A DNA stretch of 33,678 nt, from the NCBI GenBank assembly GCA_014379795.1, contig JACMLC010000094.1:1-33678 (forward strand), in the 5' to 3' direction. Source of the stretch: Pyrinomonadaceae bacterium (GTDB lineage: Bacteria > Acidobacteriota > Blastocatellia > Pyrinomonadales > Pyrinomonadaceae). This document shows, piece after piece, positions 25,110 to 32,231 of this stretch; the first letter of the stretch is position 1; each line of letters begins with the position of its first letter. Under the pieces are notes generated by a model. It did no database searches, was not told the origin of the DNA, and worked only from the letters and a program-made list of their open reading frames with translations. A program made the translations under genes and the position numbers.

Positions 25110-28058
25110 ATGAGCTATCTGGACACTCCGCGCCTCGTCTTCTCCGGGCGATTTCAGGCTGACCCCTCGACCATCAACAACGACCCGCATCACTTCGACA
25201 CGGGAACCTTTCGCTCTAATGACGAACTGTGGGGGCTAGGCGTGGCAAACGGGTGGTGGAACCCGAACGGGTCGGGCGCGTGGCGCTTCCGCGACTGCGT
25301 CGTGCGTCAAGTCGTCTACGGCGACGGCACCGTGTGCGACGACCCGAACATAGACCCGGTCATCGGCGCGCTCGTCAACGACTCGAACATCCGCGTCGAA
25401 GGCAAGCTTGTTGACCTCGACTCGGAGCAGCAGATGGTCTCTCAGATTTGGGGCTTCCAAGTGGCGCTCAGCCCGTCGCCCACCAACCCCAGTCAGCCGG
25501 TCTTCGGCTTCCGCAGCGACTTCCAAATGGCTCCCTTCGCAGACATCTGGGTGCGCGTCCCGTCGGGGCAGCCCGACTCGTTCTTCGGCGCTTTCTACCA
25601 GAGCATCCTGACGAACATCGAGTGGGTCGGAGCGGGTAACGACACCTGGACGCAAAACTCGCGCTACCTCCGCGAGCTGGCGGGCGCTGGCGGGCCTCCG
25701 CCGCAGCTCAGCATCCGCTTCAACGTGGACGCCTACAACATGGCTGACCCGACTGCGCCGGAGTTCACGTTCGGGCGCGTCGTCGGCGCCATCGGGCCGT
25801 ACGACTCGGGCGAGCCGGTTCACTTTGTCGCTGGCCGGTCGCTCCAGCCCCCCATACCCCCGCCTAACCCGTCGCTCAACACCGCCTACGCGCAGGTCGA
25901 AGGCGACGTACTCACGCTCGACATGGGCAACAGCCTCCCCGACCAGGCTTTGGGCGGCCCGACCATTAACCTCGGGACGCTCTACGCCGCCATACTGCCG
26001 CCCCCGCCCGCCCAACCGGTGATACTTGGCTCCATCCCTTACACAGACAACGACTGGTATGCGAAGACGGCTGGCATCATCTCCTACACGCTCGACCCCA
26101 AGCAGGCGGAGCTGGCCGCCAGCGCTCAGCTCGGCGTCGTTCAGTCTGGCCCCAACGGTATTGCGCCGATGCTCTCCGAGGCCCCGAACGGCCTGTGGCT
26201 GCGCGCCGACCAGTTCGTCTTCAGGCTCAACCCCGGCGAGAAGGGCCAGCAAGACGAAAGCAACGTGACGACCTTTTACGCCACCACCTTCGGCCAGCCC
26301 ACCGCAGGCCAACAGATCAGCCTCGCCTACGACTCGACCATCATGCAGGGGTTCGTCCAGCAAGACCCCACGCTGGTGCCCGGCCCGCTCCCGGGACAGC
26401 CCGAAACCGTACTCAGCCTGTCTGTCCCGCCGCCGTCCTGCGAGGACTCAACCGGCGAGACGACGCTCCCCCTGCCGGCCACGATCACAACCGGAAGTGA
26501 CGGTAAGGTCACCGTGGCGCTCAAGGCGACAGACCCCGGCAACCCGCGCGGCTACATCGACGGGCAGATTTACGGTGTCACCTACGGCCCCGGCCCGGAG
26601 CCGCCGCCCGTCGGCGCTATAGGGAACTCGAGCCAGATTCTCAACGCGCTTGTCTTCTCCGGCTACGACGCGCCGGACGAGCCTGACTGGATGATAGACG
26701 TGCAGCCCATCTTCGAGCAGTACGCCAACCTCTACCCGGTGATGCGCCCCATCGTCGATCTGGCCGACTACGCCAGCGTCGTCAGCCGGACAGCGGCGCT
26801 CTTCAACGTCTTCAGCAGGTCGCTCGACGATCCCAATTACATGCCCGTCACGCGCGATCTCTCGAAGCCGAAGCGGGATATGATCCTGAACTGGCTCAAA
26901 GGGTCGCCGCCGCTCTACATGAAGCTCGACTCGAAAGAAGATTTGATGGTCGCGCTGCAACAGGCCATTGAGCTGGAGCACTCGACCATTCCGCCTTACC
27001 TCACCGCGCTCTACAGCATCAAGCCCGGAGCCAACGAGGAAGTGGCGGAACTCATCCGCAGCGTCGTCATCGAGGAGATGCTGCACATGGCGCTCGTCTG
27101 CAACATCGTCGTCTCCCTCGGCGGAAGCCCGCAGATAGGCAAACCCGGCTTCGTGCCGAACTACCCCGGCCCGCTGCCCGGCGGCCTGCTCGGCGGTCTG
27201 ACCGTGCGCCTGCGCCGTTGCTCCATCGAGCAGATACGCGACGTGTTCATGTTCATCGAGAAGCCTGAAGTGACCATGGACCCGGCAGAGCGCGCCGCTC
27301 GCCGCGCCGGCTCGAAAAAGTCTCAGGAGTCCGTCATCGAGAGAATCCACAACGAGGTTAAAGAAGCGCTGACCGGCTCGGACGACGCGCGCCGGAAGCA
27401 GCTCGCCGAGCCGCTGGACATGCGCGGCTACCCCGGCGGGCCGAGAACGGCCAACCCGTACACCATCGGCTGGTTCTATGACCAGATTAAAGAGTCCCTG
27501 ACGAACTTGAGTGGCGCAAGCCAGATCTCCTTCGGCCACGCAGACCAACAGGTCTCGGACTGGACTGGGACAGGAAAGCTCTACGTCATCAACAGCCTTG
27601 AGGACGCAATCCGTGCCATTGACGAGATCAAGTCGCAGGGCGAAGGCGCTTCGCCGCGCGATCCTGACGATGGGGACAGCGAGCTGGCGCACTATTACAA
27701 GTTCTCCGAGATTGTTCACGGTCGCCGCATCATCGTCGGAAAGGACGGGTACTCCTACACCGGCGGGCACATCCCTTTCGACCCCAACGGCGTCTACGCG
27801 ATGACGGACGACCCGGAGGCGGCGCTGTTCCCGGACGGCTCGCGCGCGCTCATCCTCTCCAAGCAGTTCGCGGAAACCTATCAGGCGCTTCTGAACGGCC
27901 TGCACCGCACCTTCAACGGCGAGCCGGACTACCTCGGGCAGGCCGTCGGCATCATGTTCTCGCTCAGCGTCATCGCGCGCAACCTGATGCAGACGCCTTC
28001 CGGGCTGGGCGACGGCACGACCGCCGGCCCGTCCTTCCAACTCCCCGACCCGCTGTGA
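25110..28058 (+). CDS. VioB/StaD/RebD-family protein (iminophenylpyruvate dimer synthase-like; C-terminal ferritin-like domain), 982 aa
   Basis: The ORF track starts at 24978, but the ATG at 25110 follows GAGG (8-nt gap). From memory it is collinear with C. violaceum VioB: MSYLDTPRLVFSGRF..NNDP vs MSILDFPRIHFRG..NRDP; YMPVTRDLSKPK vs YMPSTRELSAPK; AIELEHSTIPPYLTALYSI vs VDLELSVMLQYLYAAYSI; VIEEMLHMALVCN vs IAHEEMIHYLVVN; SQGEG vs DQGEG. Similar length (VioB is ~1000 aa). Confidence 0.85.
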   Translation: MSYLDTPRLVFSGRFQADPSTINNDPHHFDTGTFRSNDELWGLGVANGWWNPNGSGAWRFRDCVVRQVVYGDGTVCDDPNIDPVIGALVNDSNIRVEGKLVDLDSEQQMVSQIWGFQVALSPSPTNPSQPVFGFRSDFQMAPFADIWVRVPSGQPDSFFGAFYQSILTNIEWVGAGNDTWTQNSRYLRELAGAGGPPPQLSIRFNVDAYNMADPTAPEFTFGRVVGAIGPYDSGEPVHFVAGRSLQPPIPPPNPSLNTAYAQVEGDVLTLDMGNSLPDQALGGPTINLGTLYAAILPPPPAQPVILGSIPYTDNDWYAKTAGIISYTLDPKQAELAASAQLGVVQSGPNGIAPMLSEAPNGLWLRADQFVFRLNPGEKGQQDESNVTTFYATTFGQPTAGQQISLAYDSTIMQGFVQQDPTLVPGPLPGQPETVLSLSVPPPSCEDSTGETTLPLPATITTGSDGKVTVALKATDPGNPRGYIDGQIYGVTYGPGPEPPPVGAIGNSSQILNALVFSGYDAPDEPDWMIDVQPIFEQYANLYPVMRPIVDLADYASVVSRTAALFNVFSRSLDDPNYMPVTRDLSKPKRDMILNWLKGSPPLYMKLDSKEDLMVALQQAIELEHSTIPPYLTALYSIKPGANEEVAELIRSVVIEEMLHMALVCNIVVSLGGSPQIGKPGFVPNYPGPLPGGLLGGLTVRLRRCSIEQIRDVFMFIEKPEVTMDPAERAARRAGSKKSQESVIERIHNEVKEALTGSDDARRKQLAEPLDMRGYPGGPRTANPYTIGWFYDQIKESLTNLSGASQISFGHADQQVSDWTGTGKLYVINSLEDAIRAIDEIKSQGEGASPRDPDDGDSELAHYYKFSEIVHGRRIIVGKDGYSYTGGHIPFDPNGVYAMTDDPEAALFPDGSRALILSKQFAETYQALLNGLHRTFNGEPDYLGQAVGIMFSLSVIARNLMQTPSGLGDGTTAGPSFQLPDPL

Positions 28059-28091
28059 AAAATTAGCCCCTTTCTCTTTAACCGATCCGAC

Positions 28092-28120
28092 CCCGCCCGC
28101 GTGCTCAAAGCGCGGGCGGG
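28092..28120 (+). other. GC-rich hairpin between the VioB-like gene and the downstream small gene
   Basis: CCCGCCCGCG (28092-28101), loop TGCTCAAAG, CGCGGGCGGG (28111-28120): a 10-bp perfect stem. No U-tract, so it is not a canonical intrinsic terminator. Confidence 0.4.
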
Positions 28121-28156
28121 ACACCGGCAATCAGAACATGATAGGAGAGTAAGAGC

Positions 28157-28627
28157 ATGCGCAGACTGACCTACGCGCTTGAGTTCGTCCGCAAAGCCGC
28201 AGCGCCCGAGGCAACGGCAGAGCCGATAGTCGCTTCGAGCGTCCGTATCACCACAACCATGAACCCTAAAGGCGTGCAGGGAGACATCGAACAGCTTGGC
28301 GATTTCGAGACGGCGACACTGGAAGTCAAATTGATCCCGACCACGCTACCCGGAACTTTTACGGAGACGGGGAAGCTCACCTTCGGCGGGCCGGGCAGTA
28401 ATAACAATCTTTACTTTAGCTCCATCGGCCTCGGCTACGTGGCCCCTTACAAATGCCCCGAGGAGCCTTACACGGCGGGCGTCGTGTCGTGGGTGATAGT
28501 CTGGGGGGAGGGCTTCTTTGAAGGGGCGTCCGGCATCATCACTTCCAACTTCCTCGTAGACAAAACTAAGCCCAACGACACCGGAGAATTGATTGCTTAC
28601 CACTTCGGCGTGATTTACCTGCCATAG
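28157..28627 (+). CDS. Small cytoplasmic protein, possibly an allene-oxide-cyclase/dirigent-like beta-barrel
   Basis: 156-aa ORF. Strong SD AGGAGAG 7 nt upstream of the ATG. No signal peptide. Beta-rich, with the motif VWGEGFFEGASGIITSNFLVD, which resembles the G-x-G-x-F-x-G-A-x-G pattern of AOC/dirigent-like barrels. The fold assignment is tentative. Confidence 0.6.
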   Translation: MRRLTYALEFVRKAAAPEATAEPIVASSVRITTTMNPKGVQGDIEQLGDFETATLEVKLIPTTLPGTFTETGKLTFGGPGSNNNLYFSSIGLGYVAPYKCPEEPYTAGVVSWVIVWGEGFFEGASGIITSNFLVDKTKPNDTGELIAYHFGVIYLP

Positions 28628-28700
28628 CTCGCACACGATGAGTTATGCGATTTATGCCCTTTTGATTAGCTGTATCCTGACTGTTGATGAACAAGACACC

Positions 28701-28769
28701 TCACGCAAAGGCGCAAAGACGCAAAGTAAGTTTGAAAAGTTTACTTTGCGTCTTTGCGCCTTTGCGTGA
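28701..28769. repeat. Perfect 29-bp inverted repeat (hairpin) built from three 8-nt direct repeats, between convergent operons
   Basis: Left arm TCACGCAAAGGCGCAAAGACGCAAAGTAA (28701-28729), 11-nt loop, right arm TTACTTTGCGTCTTTGCGCCTTTGCGTGA (28741-28769). The arms contain (A/G)CGCAAAG three times. No flanking T-run. Confidence 0.85.
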
Positions 28770-28832
28770 ACACTTCGTCGCTACATATCGGCAGGGTGCA
28801 GCTAATCTCAAATCGCAATAATTTTTTAGAGA

Positions 28833-29249
28833 CTATTGTGGTAACGACGCGGCGAGTTTCATCATGGCTTGCTCTTCGGCCTCGGTGATTTCGCCTTCCC
28901 TGCTCCAAGCTATTCCGACGACGGCGCGCACCGCGCCCGCATCATCAAGCACAGGCAATGCGACTGCTGCCTGTGCGTCAACGGCCTTTGCGCCCGGCTT
29001 GATGTTGCCCGTGTCATCTGTTTGCAGGTTGCAGGTCTGCACCGGCGACTTTTGCACCTGAGCCATCCCAGCCATCCCTTTGCCGTGAGGCACGCGCGCC
29101 ACGATGGCGACCACTGCGGGCGGGATGTTATGCGCCGCCGTCAGGAAGAGGTCTTCGCCGCGCTGCACATGCACCGTGCCTGCGCTCGCGTCGTGCTGTG
29201 CGATGAACAACTCCAGCCACTTCTGCTGTGCCTGATTCTGCTCGTACAT
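28833..29249 (-). CDS. Single-domain GAF-like protein
   Basis: 138-aa ORF. Pattern AGTVHV...L.L.AAHNIPP....V..VPHGKGMAGMA......V...NLQTD......P.A......A..LPV.......GVVGIAW, typical of small stand-alone GAF proteins. Its ATG lies 2 nt after the stop of the upstream gene. Confidence 0.6.
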   Translation of the reverse strand: MYEQNQAQQKWLELFIAQHDASAGTVHVQRGEDLFLTAAHNIPPAVVAIVARVPHGKGMAGMAQVQKSPVQTCNLQTDDTGNIKPGAKAVDAQAAVALPVLDDAGAVRAVVGIAWSREGEITEAEEQAMMKLAASLPQ

Positions 29250-29251
29250 TT

Positions 29252-30157
29252 CTATTTCTCCATGAGCGGGATGGACAGATAACCGGAGATGTAGCAGCAG
29301 AGGGCGTCGCCGTCAAAGCCGCCCATCCAGAAGCTGAGCGGCCAGGTCGTTTTTTCGTCCGCGCCGATTTTGTTCTCGTGGACTGTGCCGTTGATGTCCA
29401 CGCTCCAGCCGTAGCCTAGCAGCGTCAACTGGTGCGCGCGGCGATCAATAGGTTCGCCCTGCGACAATTCCCACCAGCGGTGGAGGATGTTTAGCTGGCT
29501 GATGCGCGTTTCGAGCGCGGCGCGCTCAACCGGGTTTCGTGTGCGCTTGAGCAGTTCTTCCAGATTCCTTTGCCGTATGCGCCGGTTGTTGATGCAGGAA
29601 TCGTTAGAGGCATCGGGCAAGCCCGTCGCTTTGGCGACTTCGACGGAGTTGTCAGTTAAGCCCTGCGGTTGCCGACGCTCAAGCATTTCGGAGGTAGCCT
29701 GCATGATGGGCAGGTCGGGGTTGCTCGGATCAAGAAAGTCTTCGCGGTCGAGCACGAGCGTGCCGCGCTTTTTTCGCACCTGAACGCGCAAAGGGTCTAT
29801 GGCGTAAAGGTCGTTGCGGATGAGGATGCCGTTGCGCTCGGTGAGTTGGGCTTTGACGAAGGAGACGCGCGCGTCCAGGTATTCCGGCGCTTCACTGTAA
29901 CGGAGCGTCTCGTCGTCGTACCACTTCGCCTGCCGAACCGTCACGCCGACGCGTGGGCCAATGTCGTTTTTCCCGTAGCCGAAACGGCGCTCACAGACGC
30001 CCTCTTCGTCGGGTTGCAGGTGGAGAAGGTTGTCAAAGTCCGGCTCTCCGGCCAGCGCGAAGGTGTAGCCGCTGAGGCCGCGCGGCTCGTCCGTTGGATC
30101 TGGATCGGTAGCCATCCGCATCTGAAAGTAACCTTCGAACGAAAGATAAAGCCACAT
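29252..30157 (-). CDS. Hypothetical protein resembling the N-terminal module of VioB-family proteins
   Basis: 301-aa ORF. Its start lies 5 nt after the ferritin-like gene stop. Three collinear motif anchors to the N-terminus of the 982-aa protein: LYLSFEGYFQ...TDPDP vs RLVFSGRFQ...NNDP; VTVRQAKWYDDET vs CVVRQVVYGDGT; WSVDINGT...CCYISGYLSIP vs IRFNVDAY...FGRVVGAIGP. Confidence 0.7.
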   Translation of the reverse strand: MWLYLSFEGYFQMRMATDPDPTDEPRGLSGYTFALAGEPDFDNLLHLQPDEEGVCERRFGYGKNDIGPRVGVTVRQAKWYDDETLRYSEAPEYLDARVSFVKAQLTERNGILIRNDLYAIDPLRVQVRKKRGTLVLDREDFLDPSNPDLPIMQATSEMLERRQPQGLTDNSVEVAKATGLPDASNDSCINNRRIRQRNLEELLKRTRNPVERAALETRISQLNILHRWWELSQGEPIDRRAHQLTLLGYGWSVDINGTVHENKIGADEKTTWPLSFWMGGFDGDALCCYISGYLSIPLMEK

Positions 30158-30162
30158 GATTT

Positions 30163-31557
30163 TTATTCACCCCTTCCGACGTTTTTCCAGTTCGCGCGCC
30201 AGTCGTCAGACAGCCGCCGCATGTTCTCTGCCATATAGTGCAGCCGCTTGACGATCTTATCGTCCGCAGGTCGTAGCTCGTAAATCCAGAGATTGTCGAA
30301 CTGCCATGTGAGAATGTCGAAGTATTTCTGAAACTCGCTCCAAGTGTCTTCCGGCTGCGGCAGAAGCAGCAAGTCTTTCGAGAGTTCGAACCCCGGCCCG
30401 GCGTTACCTTTCTTATCTTTGAAGGCCGGGAGCAAGGTGAGAATTTCGCTTAAGGGGCGGATGAACATCGTCATCAGGGGAAAGAAAATGGCGTTCATCA
30501 GCGCGACGGTTTGCGCCTTTGTCTTCTTGTTGCTGCCGTAGAGAAACAGCATCATCAGGAGCATCAATTCGTAAGCGTGATTGAACAGGATTGCTATCTC
30601 GCGCGTTTCGGGGCGCGTGATGAGGTTCACTTCGTCGGGCGCGGTGATGTCTGGGTGCATGCTCGTCAGAGGGTTACGCACGACGGGGCGTGCGGCATCG
30701 AAGCCGCCCATTTGACTGAGCATCGTTGTGAAGATGCAATAGTGCGTGTGCTCTAAGTATTCGGGCGGCGCGAGGACGCCCTCACCCTGCTCGACAATTT
30801 CGACAATCGCTTCAATCGCGCTGTGCAGGTCACAGACCTGTATGAGGTCTAAGCCATACTGGCTGAGGTCATCCATCGAGCCTTCGCCATATGGCGTTCC
30901 CGGCCCGCCCCACATCTCCGCGTTAAAGTCGCCGATGAATAAATTCTTCTCGCCGATTCTCTCCGTTACAATGATGAAGCCCCAAGCGAGACTCATGTAG
31001 AGGTCTTGCACAGAGGTGAAGCCGATTTCGGACAGGAGCACCTGCCTGCCTCCCGTCGCGCCGGACGCCTGCGCCGCGCTGTGCGTGAAAACTTGCGGCG
31101 CAAGCAACTGCGCGCGGATGTCCTCACGGCTGGCGATGCCGCGCGTCTTGCAGAAGTCCGGGCCGGGAGCTGGATGCGGGGCTTCAAACTCCTGAAAGCG
31201 TTTGATAGTGTCTTTGCTGAAGCGCGTCAGTTCGGATTTGATGCCGAGCTTCCCGTAGACCTCTTTGCGCTGCGGGAAGTTTGGACGCTGGAAGTTAGGC
31301 GTGCCGCCGATGGCCGAGAGAAGGTTGAGCACAAGTCCCATGTGCTCCATCTCCTGCCGCGCGACGAGCGTCATCAGCCCACCCCAGCCGCGCGTCTTTT
31401 CCAGTTGCACCTCGCTGAGTCCCTCATCGGTTGAGCGCTTCATCGTGTAGGCGGCGAACAGATACTGGCACATCAAATTATGCTCAAGCTCTGCGGCCAG
31501 ATGCAGCGTGTTGATTAAATCTTCGCGAGTGGTGAGTTCTATCGTCAATGGTTTCAC
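30163..31557 (-). CDS. Stand-alone ferritin-like domain protein (VioB/RebD C-terminal-half type)
   Basis: 464-aa ORF. HLAAELEHNLMCQYLFAAYTM and VARQEMEHMGLVLNLLSAIGG match the ferritin-like helices of the 982-aa protein and of VioB. VEQGEGVLAPPEYLEHTHY...RPVVRNPL parallels VioB TDQGEGG..SPHYEHSHF...LPALRNPVL. Confidence 0.85.
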   Translation of the reverse strand: MKPLTIELTTREDLINTLHLAAELEHNLMCQYLFAAYTMKRSTDEGLSEVQLEKTRGWGGLMTLVARQEMEHMGLVLNLLSAIGGTPNFQRPNFPQRKEVYGKLGIKSELTRFSKDTIKRFQEFEAPHPAPGPDFCKTRGIASREDIRAQLLAPQVFTHSAAQASGATGGRQVLLSEIGFTSVQDLYMSLAWGFIIVTERIGEKNLFIGDFNAEMWGGPGTPYGEGSMDDLSQYGLDLIQVCDLHSAIEAIVEIVEQGEGVLAPPEYLEHTHYCIFTTMLSQMGGFDAARPVVRNPLTSMHPDITAPDEVNLITRPETREIAILFNHAYELMLLMMLFLYGSNKKTKAQTVALMNAIFFPLMTMFIRPLSEILTLLPAFKDKKGNAGPGFELSKDLLLLPQPEDTWSEFQKYFDILTWQFDNLWIYELRPADDKIVKRLHYMAENMRRLSDDWRANWKNVGRGE

Positions 31558-31576
31558 CTCTATCTATTATTAAGAC

Positions 31577-32224
31577 TTAGGAGCGCGCACGTCGTCTGGC
31601 GAGATAAGGTTCGACCGTGCGGCCAATCAGCCAGAAGCATCCGGCGACGAGAACCACGAGTCCGAACACCAGCGCGGCATTCTCGAATTTAGCCGCCGCC
31701 GCTCCCGTCAGCGCGTAGAGCAAGGCCGGAGGCAGCGAGCCAGTCACAGCAGCCAGCGCGGCTCGTCCCGGACTCATGCCGGAGGCCCCTGCCATGATTG
31801 CCACTGTCTCTGCTAATAAAGGCACTGGACGCGTGACGATAATCGCCAGCGTTCCCCAACGTTTGAGCAAACCGTCTGCGCGCTCACGCTCTTCCGGAGT
31901 TAATAGACGCTCTAACAATCTTCCTCCACGCCTGCCGAGCCAGAAGCCGAGCATGGCTGCTCCAACGCTTCCCGTAAGTGACAACAGCGTTCCACCCACG
32001 ACGCCAAAAAGCGCGCCATGCGCCACCATGATAAGGCTTGAAGGAACGGGCAACACTACGTCTGCGAGGAGCAGGCCCACGCCAAGCATTGCTGCCCACG
32101 GGCCGCCGTGATTCAACGACGGAGTCGGGTCAACCAGCAGCGGAACGCCTAGAGCCTTGACCAGAAAACAGAGGCTGAGGAAGAAGGCGAACATGCCGCA
32201 CATGATTGAGAAATATCGCTTCAT
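31577..32224 (-). CDS. DedA/TVP38-TMEM64 (VTT-domain) family membrane protein
   Basis: The ORF track starts at 32278, overlapping the receptor gene. The ATG at 32224 gives MKRYFSIMCGMFAFFLSL. VTT-type pattern: ADVVLPVPSSLIMVAHGALFG...GFWLGRRGG...RWGTLAIIVTRPVPLLAETVAIMAGASGM. Confidence 0.8.
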   Translation of the reverse strand: MKRYFSIMCGMFAFFLSLCFLVKALGVPLLVDPTPSLNHGGPWAAMLGVGLLLADVVLPVPSSLIMVAHGALFGVVGGTLLSLTGSVGAAMLGFWLGRRGGRLLERLLTPEERERADGLLKRWGTLAIIVTRPVPLLAETVAIMAGASGMSPGRAALAAVTGSLPPALLYALTGAAAAKFENAALVFGLVVLVAGCFWLIGRTVEPYLARRRARS

Positions 32225-32231
32225 CCTTCTT

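Noticed and set aside
25236-28130. Two very long minus-strand ORFs (25236-26363, 375 aa; 26448-28130, 560 aa) antisense to the VioB-like gene
   Set aside because: Their translations are Arg/Gly/Ala/Val-rich low-complexity sequence without motifs. They lie exactly opposite a strongly supported plus-strand gene with very high GC3. These are classic shadow ORFs.
25110-28627. Interpreting the VioB-like gene as part of a violacein or indolocarbazole biosynthetic cluster
   Set aside because: No VioA/StaO/RebO-type FAD oxidase, VioC/VioD monooxygenases, VioE, StaP/RebP P450 or halogenase is present anywhere in the window. The neighbours are unrelated.
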